Shown here piece after piece: positions 19,962 to 29,176 of a stretch of DNA of 64,000 nt. The stretch lies in contig OY776510.1 in NCBI GenBank assembly GCA_963675665.1, forward strand, positions 3,936,001 through 4,000,000, read 5' to 3'. A program made the position numbers and the translations under genes. Origin of the DNA: Spirochaetia bacterium (GTDB taxonomy: Bacteria; Spirochaetota; Spirochaetia; UBA9216). Every line of letters starts with the position of its first letter. Position 1 is the stretch's first letter. The notes under the pieces were generated by a model, which worked only from the letters and a program-made list of their open reading frames with translations, was not told the origin of the DNA and did no database searches.

Positions 19962-19990
19962 AGCTTATTTCAAAAAACTTCCGCAGTCAA
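19962..19990 (-). promoter_or_regulatory. Internal sigma70 promoter, probably giving a leaderless flgV-fliA mRNA
   Basis: TTGACT(19990-19985)-N17-TAAGCT(19967-19962)-N7-ATG(19954); no SD. Confidence 0.6.
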
Positions 19991-20066
19991 GGACGGCTTT
20001 TAAATTGACTTATTGACTGTAAAATCAACCATTCAGTTAAAACATTCAGCAATACAAGTCAGCCGT

Positions 20067-20936
20067 TTAAATTCCCCCGAAAAGTTTCTTTAAAAATCTC
20101 GAAACTCCTCCTCCCTCTTTATATTCAACCTTTTCGAGCCTGCCTGCAATATGTTTCAGGCAAATTGCAGCTTTACAGCCCGGATCTGCTATCATGAAAG
20201 GTTTCTGCTTTATTACAGCGGCTGAAACCGAAGGATCATCATAGACATAGCCAAGATAATCCACCTTCAGGTTTAGAAACTGTCCGGCTATGCTTATTAC
20301 ACGTTCCGACACCTTTTTACCCTCTGTAACGCTTTTAACCCTGTTAACGACCAGCTTCAACGAAAGATTCATATTGTCAATTTCTGTTGCAATTATCTTG
20401 ATTATACCGTAAGCATCGGTTATAGCTGTTGGTTCGGGAGTTGTTACAATTATTGCATCATCTGCAGCAGCTATAAACGAAAGCACATTATTTGAAACGC
20501 CAGCGCTTGTATCAATAATAATTACGTCTGCCGAAGACAATTCGGTCATTTCATTAATAAAACCGGTTCTCTCTTCATCTGTCAGGTTTGCGATCTTTGA
20601 GAAACCTGAAGCGCCGGCAACTATCTGAATACCGTAACTGGTATTCAGAATTATATCACGCATCGATTTCTGTTTACGAATAACGTGATAAAGATTGTAT
20701 TTGGGAATAATGCCCAGGGCGACATTGACATTCGCCAGCCCGAGATCTGCGTCCAGAACGATAACTTTTTTCCCAAGCTGAGCATAGGCGATTGCAAGAT
20801 TTACAGATATGTTTGTTTTTCCTACTCCGCCTTTTCCGCTTGATACAGCGATTATTCTGGTCTTGTTCTCTTCCTTACCGGCGGTCTCCTGCCTGCCTTT
20901 CATCATTTCCCTTAACTGTTCTGCCTGGTCCGTCAT
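20067..20936 (-). CDS. flhG: MinD/ParA-family flagellar number regulator FlhG
   Basis: DQAEQLR, SGKGGVGKT, DADLGLAN, TTPEPTAITDAY. Confidence 0.95.
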   Translation of the reverse strand: MTDQAEQLREMMKGRQETAGKEENKTRIIAVSSGKGGVGKTNISVNLAIAYAQLGKKVIVLDADLGLANVNVALGIIPKYNLYHVIRKQKSMRDIILNTSYGIQIVAGASGFSKIANLTDEERTGFINEMTELSSADVIIIDTSAGVSNNVLSFIAAADDAIIVTTPEPTAITDAYGIIKIIATEIDNMNLSLKLVVNRVKSVTEGKKVSERVISIAGQFLNLKVDYLGYVYDDPSVSAAVIKQKPFMIADPGCKAAICLKHIAGRLEKVEYKEGGGVSRFLKKLFGGI

Positions 20937-20958
20937 CTAAAACTCCGTTTTTTACCCG

Positions 20959-22104
20959 TTACTGAATAATGGCCGCTTCTCTGCGACTGAAACCTTCAAG
21001 CCGTCTTAATAACCGGTCGGCATCAGCCCGCTCGATATCCTGCGGAACGCCCTGGCCGTCGGTGACAAATGCAACGGGGGTTCTGCGTTCCGTAAGAACT
21101 GAAATAACATTACCCAGTTTCAGCGTCTCATCAAGCTTTGTCAGTATTACCGCATTATAATTAAAAGACGAAAACTCATCAAATATTTCAATCAAATCTC
21201 CTGCTTTGGTTGTAGAGCTTACCGTCAGAAAGATTTCCGAATCTCTGCCGCAGGCTTCGAGCAGCTCCCTCATCTGCGCCAGATTCTGATAGTCTCTCGG
21301 CGAACGTCCCATTGTATCAATAAGGATCATATCGGCTTCCTGATAAAGCAGAAGCTTGTTCTTCAGTTCCTCGATTGATTCTACGCAGGAAACCGGAATA
21401 TTCATCAGATCGCCGTAGGTCTGTATCTGCCCCTTGGCACCTATTCGGTAATTATCAATTGTAATCATCCTGACGCTTTTCTGCATTTCGCCTTTTATTC
21501 CAAGACCGTTCAATGCCGCCAGTTTGGCTATTGTTGTTGTTTTACCTACGCCTGTAGGCCCGACCAGAATAATAATCTTTCCTTTCCTTTGCGGTTTATC
21601 TTTATAGATGAATATATTTTCTTCCATCCATTCAAGAGTTTTGTTCATAACATATTCAAAATTTCCCAACTCTTCCAAAGACAGTTCGGCACGAAGTCTT
21701 GAACATATTATTTTGACGGCTGAATATGAAAAATCATTCTTTACAAGAAGTTCTTCGATTTTTTCGATTGATTCAGGTTCGGAAGATGAGCCCATCGCTC
21801 CCGCTTCTATTTTCTCATCTATGGATTTTACCATATCAAGAACCTTTGTCAGCGTATCATCACGTTTTGTACCGGCTGCCGCGATAATTTTCTTCTTTTC
21901 TTCATCAAGGTTTCGCCTTGCAGTCATTACAGGTTCGACATTGATATAGCCTTCAACCTCTACACCTTCTTTGGAAAACATGCCCAGGAAACCTCCGTAC
22001 TTGATGCTTCGGTGATTAAGAATTTTCGCACTTTCACCATAACGGGTTTTCACCTTTGTCACTGCTTCCATATAGGAAGTTCCCTGTTCCTTAAAATATT
22101 CCAT
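20959..22104 (-). CDS. flhF: SRP-family GTPase FlhF
   Basis: [42 protein letters not shown]. Confidence 0.95.
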   Translation of the reverse strand: MEYFKEQGTSYMEAVTKVKTRYGESAKILNHRSIKYGGFLGMFSKEGVEVEGYINVEPVMTARRNLDEEKKKIIAAAGTKRDDTLTKVLDMVKSIDEKIEAGAMGSSSEPESIEKIEELLVKNDFSYSAVKIICSRLRAELSLEELGNFEYVMNKTLEWMEENIFIYKDKPQRKGKIIILVGPTGVGKTTTIAKLAALNGLGIKGEMQKSVRMITIDNYRIGAKGQIQTYGDLMNIPVSCVESIEELKNKLLLYQEADMILIDTMGRSPRDYQNLAQMRELLEACGRDSEIFLTVSSTTKAGDLIEIFDEFSSFNYNAVILTKLDETLKLGNVISVLTERRTPVAFVTDGQGVPQDIERADADRLLRRLEGFSRREAAIIQ

Positions 22105-24231
22105 TTATTGATTAACCTCTTGTTCAATATTACTTTCTTCCAGTGAAATCTCACCTAACTGTTCAATATTAACGTTTGATACTACTTCGGGAACCGATAA
22201 TACAACAATACCCGGGAAATCCCGCTTAAGGCTCGACTTGACAAGTGCGCGGACAGCTTCAGAGCATAGTATTATCGGAAAAACTCCCATCTGTTCAATA
22301 CTTCTTACTGAATTAGCCACACTATTAATCCATTTACGCTGTATTTCCGGTTCCAGGGCCGCCATCACGCCTGTTGCCGTTTCAATTCTGGATTCGCCGA
22401 TAATTTTTTCAAGTCCCGGCGCAACAGTAAGCACCCGCATGGTTTTATCTTCGTCGGAATATTGCAGACAAATCTGGCGCGACAATGTCTGCCTGACCTT
22501 TTCAATAAGAAAAGTAGTGTCCTTAGTCACCGTTACATAGTCGGCAAGGGTTTCAAGTATCGGAATCATGTTCCTTATTGAAACCTGTTCGACAAGCAGC
22601 CCCTGAAGAACTTTCTGTATTTCTCCGGCGCTCATTGACTTTGTTACCTCATCAACCACAGCTGAATAATCGCTTCTCAGACTTTCAATAATCTTCTGAA
22701 CTTCCTGTCTGCCGAGCATTTCGTGAGCATGCTTTTTGATTATCTCGGTCAGATGGGTAGCGATAATCGACGGAGAATCAACAACCGTATATCCCATACG
22801 CTCGGCGCGGTCCCTGTCATCTTCAGTTATCCATTTTGCAGGAAGCCCGAAGGTCGGGTCTACAGCTGCTTCTCCCTGGATTTCATCATCAGCGTGTCCG
22901 GGATTTATCGCAAGGTAAAGACCTGTCCGTATGACAGCCTTGCCTACTTCAACGCCCTTAATCTTTATACAGTATTCGGCAGGTTCAAGTCTCATATTAT
23001 CCACAATACGTATTTTCGGGACAACAAGACCAAGCTCCAGCGCCGACTCGCGTCTTATCCGGGTTATTCTGTCAAGAAGCTCGGCGCCGTGGTCCTTGTC
23101 TACCAGCGGTATAAGCCCGTAGCCGAGTTCAATTGAAAGCTGATCAACCGGAACAACCGGAGACATCTCTGCAGGTTCGCTCCTGACGCTTTCTTTGGCT
23201 TCTGCCTCCATGGCTTCAAAACTTTTTACCTTCTGTTCCCGTTTTCTCAGTCTCCAGCCTATATAGAACAGAAGCGCTGCCATCGGGAAAAGTACATACC
23301 ACGGAAATCCCGGAAGGATTCCGAGCACAAAAAGGAAACCGGCGCCGACCCAGTAGATCTGGCCCTGGGCGGCAAACTGTTTCGAAACATCCTCGCCGAA
23401 AGTCCCGTCCGAGATAGCACGGGTAACAATGAAACCAGTGGCGGTTGAAATAAACAGCGAAGGAATCTGGCTGACAAGTCCGTCGCCAATAGCAAATGTA
23501 ATGTAAGTGGATACAGCCGAACCGGCGGATTCGCCGTGGAGCATCATTCCTACTATCAGTCCGCCTACTATATTGATGACTGTCATCAGAATACCGATCT
23601 TTACGTTTCCGGACACAAACTTTGATGCTCCGTCCATAGCTCCGTAAAAGTCCGCTTCTTTCTGCAAATCGGATTTTTTTCTGGTGGCTTCCTCTTCGGT
23701 GATTGCTCCGGAATTATACTCAGCCTCTATTGCCATCTGTTTTCCCGGAAGAGAATCAAGGGTAAACCTTGCCGCTACCTCGGCAACCCTTGTAGCACCT
23801 TTGGTAATTACTATAAACTGAACAGCAATCAGGATAATGAATATTATAAGACCGATTACCAGGCCTTCGTTTCCGGTTGTGCCGACAACGAAGGTCGCAA
23901 ATCCCTTAACAATTTTTCCGTCGAACATCTCGCCTTTGGAAAGAATCAGCCTTGTTGATGAAACATTCAGCGCAAGGCTGAACAGGGTCGTTACAAGTAG
24001 AAGCGTCGGGAAAATTGAGAAATCCAGCGCTCTCCGGGTATAGAGCGTTATCAGTATTATCATAACGCTCAAAACAAGGTTCGCCGACATAAGCAGATCA
24101 AGCACAATGGTCGGCAACGGTATCAGAAGCATCATCACGACGGAAATTACGCCGACGGCAACAAAGACATCGGTTTTGTTACCTGCGAATGCCCTTATAA
24201 CTGCACCGCGCAGTCCTTGAGTATCAGACAT
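22105..24231 (-). CDS. flhA: Flagellar export protein FlhA
   Basis: RVAEVAARFTLD..PGKQMAI, FYGAMDGASKFV, GDGLVSQIP. Confidence 0.97.
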   Translation of the reverse strand: MSDTQGLRGAVIRAFAGNKTDVFVAVGVISVVMMLLIPLPTIVLDLLMSANLVLSVMIILITLYTRRALDFSIFPTLLLVTTLFSLALNVSSTRLILSKGEMFDGKIVKGFATFVVGTTGNEGLVIGLIIFIILIAVQFIVITKGATRVAEVAARFTLDSLPGKQMAIEAEYNSGAITEEEATRKKSDLQKEADFYGAMDGASKFVSGNVKIGILMTVINIVGGLIVGMMLHGESAGSAVSTYITFAIGDGLVSQIPSLFISTATGFIVTRAISDGTFGEDVSKQFAAQGQIYWVGAGFLFVLGILPGFPWYVLFPMAALLFYIGWRLRKREQKVKSFEAMEAEAKESVRSEPAEMSPVVPVDQLSIELGYGLIPLVDKDHGAELLDRITRIRRESALELGLVVPKIRIVDNMRLEPAEYCIKIKGVEVGKAVIRTGLYLAINPGHADDEIQGEAAVDPTFGLPAKWITEDDRDRAERMGYTVVDSPSIIATHLTEIIKKHAHEMLGRQEVQKIIESLRSDYSAVVDEVTKSMSAGEIQKVLQGLLVEQVSIRNMIPILETLADYVTVTKDTTFLIEKVRQTLSRQICLQYSDEDKTMRVLTVAPGLEKIIGESRIETATGVMAALEPEIQRKWINSVANSVRSIEQMGVFPIILCSEAVRALVKSSLKRDFPGIVVLSVPEVVSNVNIEQLGEISLEESNIEQEVNQ

Positions 24232-25396
24232 TTACAGCCTCCTCAAACCTTTCTCCGCGGAGTCTGTAAACCTCGGCCAGTATTACCGCCATGGCCTGGT
24301 AATACTGTTCGGGGATTACATCTCCTATCTCAACCTCTGCGTAGAGTGCGCGCGCAAGAGGTTTGTTCTCCATTATCGGAACATCGTTGTCTCCCGCAAT
24401 TGCCCGAATTCTGAAAGCCATATTGTCCTGTCCTTTTGCCGTAACCACCGGGGCAATAGCTTTCTCTCGGTCCCATTGCATGACAACAGCAAAATGGGTC
24501 GGGTTTGTAATAACCACATCAGCTTCCGGAATTTTCCGCATCATGTCGCGCGTCATAATGTCTCTCATCCGCTCGCGAAGTCTGCTCTTTATCAGCGGGT
24601 CACCTTCCGTCATCTTCCGCTCTTCCTTGACTTCCTGCTTTGACATTTTTAACGAATCAATATGCTGTTTTTTCTGAAACCTGTAATCAGCTATGGCAAA
24701 AATAAGCATGGCAATTGCAGCTTCAAGCATAATTCTGAATGCTATGCCTGCCAGCGTAGAAAAAGCTTCAAGGAAATTTATTGAAATGAATCCAACAATC
24801 CGGTCGAATTCCATTCTGATATTAAAAAAAGCTATTCCGCCTATAATAGCAACCTTCACTATCGATTTCATCAGATTAAAGCCTGCTTCCGCCGACATAA
24901 ATGATCTTTGAAACCATTTTCCGAACCTCGGCAGTATCTTGCTTGGATCCGGCGTTATGGGCTTGGCTGAAAATTTAAGACCTACCTGGAAAACATTGCC
25001 TGCAAATGCGGCTACAAATGCAACAGCAGCAAGAGGCAGAGCAGTACGAAGGAAAAACTTCAGGGCGGCCATTCCGGCTTCAGGCGAACTGGACGGATCC
25101 ATTTTTGTCGCATTCGAATAAAAGAAAACCATCATGTCGGACAGGCCTTCAATCATTGACGACCCGAAGGCTGCAAGTCCGGTTATGCAGAAAATCAGGA
25201 CTATCGCGGATGTCAAATCCGCCGATTTTGCAACCTTCCCCTCTTCCCTGGCTTTTCGAAGCTTGTACTCGGTAGGATCTTCAGTCCTTCCCTCGTCTTC
25301 AGGCGCAAACCATTGCAGATCAATATTTATTCCGCTTTCAAATGCAAAGCGTTCAAGACAGATTTTCTTAATGTCTGCATCTTCGGGGCAAAACAC
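24224..25396 (-). CDS. flhB: Flagellar export protein FlhB
   Basis: RTEDPT..K..KAREEG, KMSKQEVKEE, NPTH autocleavage motif. Start codon uncertain. Confidence 0.96.
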   Translation of the reverse strand: MFCPEDADIKKICLERFAFESGINIDLQWFAPEDEGRTEDPTEYKLRKAREEGKVAKSADLTSAIVLIFCITGLAAFGSSMIEGLSDMMVFFYSNATKMDPSSSPEAGMAALKFFLRTALPLAAVAFVAAFAGNVFQVGLKFSAKPITPDPSKILPRFGKWFQRSFMSAEAGFNLMKSIVKVAIIGGIAFFNIRMEFDRIVGFISINFLEAFSTLAGIAFRIMLEAAIAMLIFAIADYRFQKKQHIDSLKMSKQEVKEERKMTEGDPLIKSRLRERMRDIMTRDMMRKIPEADVVITNPTHFAVVMQWDREKAIAPVVTAKGQDNMAFRIRAIAGDNDVPIMENKPLARALYAEVEIGDVIPEQYYQAMAVILAEVYRLRGERFEEAVNV

Positions 25397-26193
25397 TAAT
25401 TAAACCTCCCTGCCATGGCTTTCATCAGTTCATATAGCCCGGTAAATCCGTTGTCTATTACATGGCTGAATGACTCGATCATTAACGGCATAACAGCTAC
25501 GAGCACGAGAAAAGCCATAAATATGTTAAGCGGAAAAGACAGCATAAGCAGATTCATCTGCGGAGCAGCTTTTGCAAGCAGTCCCATGGTGATCTGCATA
25601 AGAAGAAGAACTCCCATAACAGGCAGCGCAATAACCAGGGCCTGACCGAACAGGCCGCTCATTCCGGACAGCAGCATCGGTATGATACTGTCTCGTCCTG
25701 AAATCACCTGGCTGACCGTTACTGCCCTGAAACTGTTGTAAATACCGCCGAGAAAAAGTTTCTGAAACCCGTTAACGGACAGGAATACCAGCATTGCCGT
25801 AAGATTCAGAAACTGGCCCATGAGCGGTATCTGTATCTGGGCCAACGGATCGTAAACCTGGGAGGAAGCAAAACCCATCTGGGTTGAAAAGAACTGACCG
25901 GCAAGCTGAAAAACAGCCATTATTAAAACAAGGAAAAAACCCATTATTACGCCGATCAGCGCTTCTCCGACCAGCAGAAAAGCATACTGAAGTCCTGTTT
26001 CGGGAATATTATAAACCTGGCTTCTGACAATACCGGGAAGAACAGCAGTTGAAACAAAAAACGCCAGCCCTATTTTGCCTATCTGGGGGATAGCGCTTGA
26101 ATTCAGTAACGGAGCGATTTCTATAAACACCAGCACTCTTACAAGAACAATGAGAAAGATCTGTGCTTCGGCGACAAGAAAATCCAGTGTCAT
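25396..26193 (-). CDS. fliR: Flagellar export protein FliR
   Basis: Multi-TM; GEALIG, QMGF, KAAPQMN. Confidence 0.93.
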   Translation of the reverse strand: MTLDFLVAEAQIFLIVLVRVLVFIEIAPLLNSSAIPQIGKIGLAFFVSTAVLPGIVRSQVYNIPETGLQYAFLLVGEALIGVIMGFFLVLIMAVFQLAGQFFSTQMGFASSQVYDPLAQIQIPLMGQFLNLTAMLVFLSVNGFQKLFLGGIYNSFRAVTVSQVISGRDSIIPMLLSGMSGLFGQALVIALPVMGVLLLMQITMGLLAKAAPQMNLLMLSFPLNIFMAFLVLVAVMPLMIESFSHVIDNGFTGLYELMKAMAGRFN

Positions 26194-26208
26194 ATTCTGC
26201 TCAACTTC

Positions 26209-26475
26209 CTATAATTTTGATATCATCTGGAATAGCTCCATTGTATATTCACGCAGCGATGTAAAAATCCACTCTGCCGAAAATACAAGCACCAGAAGAA
26301 TTGCAGCAATTTTCGGGACAAAAGTCAGGGTCTGTTCCTGTATCGATGTTGTTGCCTGAAAAATTGATACAAGAAGACCTACAATAAGTCCGGCAAAAAG
26401 CATCGGGGCAGATAGCGTTAATACAAGAAACACTGCCGATCTAATCATTTCTACAACAAATCCCGTAGTTACCAT
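26209..26475 (-). CDS. fliQ: Flagellar export protein FliQ
   Basis: FQATTSIQEQTLTFVPK. Confidence 0.96.
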   Translation of the reverse strand: MVTTGFVVEMIRSAVFLVLTLSAPMLFAGLIVGLLVSIFQATTSIQEQTLTFVPKIAAILLVLVFSAEWIFTSLREYTMELFQMISKL

Positions 26476-26482
26476 TACAACC

Positions 26483-27271
26483 TCACATGAAACTCAGCAC
26501 AACCTGCTGCGTTATCAGGCTCCATCCGTCTACAAGTACGAAAAGTATAAGTTTAAAGGGCAGTGATATCATTGCGGGGGGAAGCATGATCATACCCATG
26601 GACATTAATGTAGACGCAACTATCATATCTATAATAATGAACGGAATAAAAAGAAATATTCCGATCTTGAATGCAACGGTCAGTTCATTCAGAATAAAAG
26701 CCGGTATTAATATGTATGTAGGAACATCTGCCGCTGTCTGCGGTTTTTCCATATCAGCCATTTTCATAAACAGCTGGATGTTTTCATAATTTCCGTCCAT
26801 CTGTTTATACATAAAAAGCCGCATTGGTTTTTCAGTCTCTGAGTACAATTCTTCAAGACCTATTTCTCCGTCTGAAAAGGGTTTAAACCCGTTTTCATAT
26901 ACAGTAGAAAGAGTCGGCCACATTATAAAGATTGTAAGGAATAATGCTATTCCGTTCAGCACGGTATTCGGGGGGACTTGCTGAAGCGAAAGCGAACGTC
27001 TTATAAAATCGAATATAATGGATATTCTGAGAAAACTCGTCATGAGAATAATGATTGAGGGAGACAAAGAAATTACAGCCAGCAATAGTATTAACTGTAC
27101 TGACAGGGCCACTTCCTGATTGGATTCCGGCTGAGTAATTGTGAGATCAATAAACGGTATTTGAAGACCCGCCCCGGCGTCGGGATCAACAGCCTCCTGT
27201 GAAAAGGCAGCTCCCGCAGCCGTCAGCATGATCACTGCCGACAGGCACAGAACAATTAATAACTTTCTCAT
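26483..27271 (-). CDS. fliP: Flagellar export protein FliP
   Basis: MTSFLRI, QQVPPN, PAFILNEL, LPFKLILFVLVDGW. Start set at ATG 27271 after a G-rich SD. Confidence 0.96.
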   Translation of the reverse strand: MRKLLIVLCLSAVIMLTAAGAAFSQEAVDPDAGAGLQIPFIDLTITQPESNQEVALSVQLILLLAVISLSPSIIILMTSFLRISIIFDFIRRSLSLQQVPPNTVLNGIALFLTIFIMWPTLSTVYENGFKPFSDGEIGLEELYSETEKPMRLFMYKQMDGNYENIQLFMKMADMEKPQTAADVPTYILIPAFILNELTVAFKIGIFLFIPFIIIDMIVASTLMSMGMIMLPPAMISLPFKLILFVLVDGWSLITQQVVLSFM

Positions 27272-27296
27272 TCCCCCCCCAGAAAATGACACTTAA

Positions 27297-27305
27297 ATTC
27301 TATCA
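27297..27305 (-). promoter_or_regulatory. Candidate extended -10 internal promoter for fliP
   Basis: TGaTAGAAT in the AT-rich fliO-fliP spacer. Confidence 0.35.
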
Positions 27306-27323
27306 CATTTTTATATGTTTTTG

Positions 27324-27926
27324 CTACATTTTTTTTAATCTTTCTGCCTGATTATGCATAAATTTGCTGTTATTCCTTATTTTGGACTGAAGTTCACTTT
27401 TCCCGCTTCCGGAACGCCCGGTTTTAAGGCTGAAGAAATCGGCGAAAGTTTTTTTGCCTTCAACCGGAGGCGGATTTTTAAGTATTATTTCGTCGATAGT
27501 TTCCTTGTCTTCTATATCAGCTATATGTGACACAGTGTCTTCGCCGCATCCGACCAGATAATATTTCTGCCCGACTTCTATCAGGTGAACTGATGCATTC
27601 TGTTTAAGGCTCCGGGAACCTAAAAGTCGTATCAAATCTTCATTCTGAAATTTCGCCCCGCCGGCCTTTTTAAGAGCGAAAAAGATAGCATAGACGATTA
27701 GAATTACGGCGGCAAGAATCAATATAACCTTGACAAAATCCCAGGTAGTAAAAAACTGCGTGCGGGTTTCCTCATTATCTTCAGCAGTTCCAGCCGTATC
27801 ATCAAGGATAATTGTAGTTTCATCCGTAAAATCAGGTGCCGGCAGCTCGGATGCAGCCTGCTGTCCAAAAACAGAAATGCCTGCAGCAAGCAAAAACACC
27901 AGTGCAGGCAGTATTATTTTATTCAT
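27324..27926 (-). CDS. fliO: Flagellar biogenesis protein FliO/FliZ
   Basis: Between fliY and fliP; signal peptide, TM, then VHLIEVGQKYYLVG; SD GGAGGGG. Confidence 0.85.
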   Translation of the reverse strand: MNKIILPALVFLLAAGISVFGQQAASELPAPDFTDETTIILDDTAGTAEDNEETRTQFFTTWDFVKVILILAAVILIVYAIFFALKKAGGAKFQNEDLIRLLGSRSLKQNASVHLIEVGQKYYLVGCGEDTVSHIADIEDKETIDEIILKNPPPVEGKKTFADFFSLKTGRSGSGKSELQSKIRNNSKFMHNQAERLKKM

Positions 27927-27953
27927 CGTCCCCTCCCGATTTTTCAAATCCGT

Positions 27954-27979
27954 CCATACCGTATCCCAGTCCGGTATGG
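27954..27979. other. Stem-loop in the fliY-fliO spacer
   Basis: CCATACCG-N10-CGGTATGG; no U tail. Confidence 0.6.
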
Positions 27980-28024
27980 GCTTCTAAAATATTTTTATAC
28001 TGGCTTCAGCCCTGTTTAACTGCA

Positions 28025-29176
28025 TCAGCCAAGGCTGTCAACCCTGTCAATCGGCGAAACTATTTCTGTAACGCGTACGCCGAAGTTTTCATCAATAACA
28101 ACAACCTCACCCTTTGCAATAAGCTTATGATTCACAAGAATATCTACCGGCTCACCGGCGAGTTTATCCAGTTCAATAATGGTACCTTCGCCCATTCCGA
28201 GGATCTCTTTTATAAGCTTTTTCGTCCTTCCCAGTTCAACGGTCATCTCCATATAGACATCCATCAGAAGACCGATATTTCCCTGTTCACCCGAAGAGCT
28301 TTGAGGATTCAGACTTGGAAATTGCAGACCCTGAACATTGGGAACAGGCTGTCCTGAGCCGAACATATCCATACCGCCCATTGCCGAGCCCATTGAAGAC
28401 TGTCCCATTGCTGCACCCAAATTTGCCATTCCACCCATTCCTCCGCTTGCCGGCGGCTTTCCGCCCCCCATTGCAGGCTGATTCATACCGCCCATATCCA
28501 GTCCTGCCATGGCGTCCAACTCATCCATTGCATCAATACCCACTATGGCTTTTACCAGGTCCAGTGCAAATACCTCGACAAATTCGGAAGGCTCTTTTCC
28601 GTCTATCTTTGTCTGGTAGCTCACCTTAACCAGAGTATCTTCAAAAAATCCTATTTCGTTTTTCTCAACATTTTTTGTTTCGCCCGGAGAAGTCATTGCC
28701 GATTTGCCGCTTTTTTCACCGAAAGTTGTAGCAGCGGTGCCGGCCAGCGTATTTGCAGCCTCTTCAATCGCTGAAAGAGCCGCTTCATTCAAATCAACTT
28801 CTTCCTGCCCCATCATCAACCCGGCTATTGTAGTTGCTGCCTCGGGCCCAATAAGATATGAATGGTTTCCGCTAACCTGGTCCTGAAAATTCAGGCTGAC
28901 TTCTACAACATTTTCCGGTAAATCAGCAATCAGATCATCCCTGCTGACCACCTCAACTTGCGGTGATGTCATCTCGACTGTATCACCCACCATATTTGAA
29001 AGGTTCTGTGCCTGAGACGGAAGGAGCTCCTTTATTACGTCTGTAAAATCAGCAATTTCCTGAGCGCTTAAACCGCCGTTTCCTCCGGCAGCCGATGACG
29101 GAGCTGATGAGCCCCCCATATCTCCACCCTGCAGCAAAGCATCTATTTCGTCTTGAGACAGTGATCCGTCGCTCAT
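28025..29176 (-). CDS. fliY: Flagellar switch protein FliY (CheC-like + FliN domains)
   Basis: LSQDEIDALL; EEAAN; C-terminal MTVELGRT..IIELDKLAGEPVD..GEVVVIDENFGVRV. Confidence 0.92.
   Translation of the reverse strand: MSDGSLSQDEIDALLQGGDMGGSSAPSSAAGGNGGLSAQEIADFTDVIKELLPSQAQNLSNMVGDTVEMTSPQVEVVSRDDLIADLPENVVEVSLNFQDQVSGNHSYLIGPEAATTIAGLMMGQEEVDLNEAALSAIEEAANTLAGTAATTFGEKSGKSAMTSPGETKNVEKNEIGFFEDTLVKVSYQTKIDGKEPSEFVEVFALDLVKAIVGIDAMDELDAMAGLDMGGMNQPAMGGGKPPASGGMGGMANLGAAMGQSSMGSAMGGMDMFGSGQPVPNVQGLQFPSLNPQSSSGEQGNIGLLMDVYMEMTVELGRTKKLIKEILGMGEGTIIELDKLAGEPVDILVNHKLIAKGEVVVIDENFGVRVTEIVSPIDRVDSLG

Noticed and set aside
19323-20003. 226-aa Ser-rich + strand ORF
   Set aside because: Antisense shadow of the acidic FlgV tail.
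28360-28530. Met/Gly-rich low-complexity stretch in FliY
   Set aside because: Ordinary flexible linker between CheC-like and FliN domains; no DNA-level repeat.
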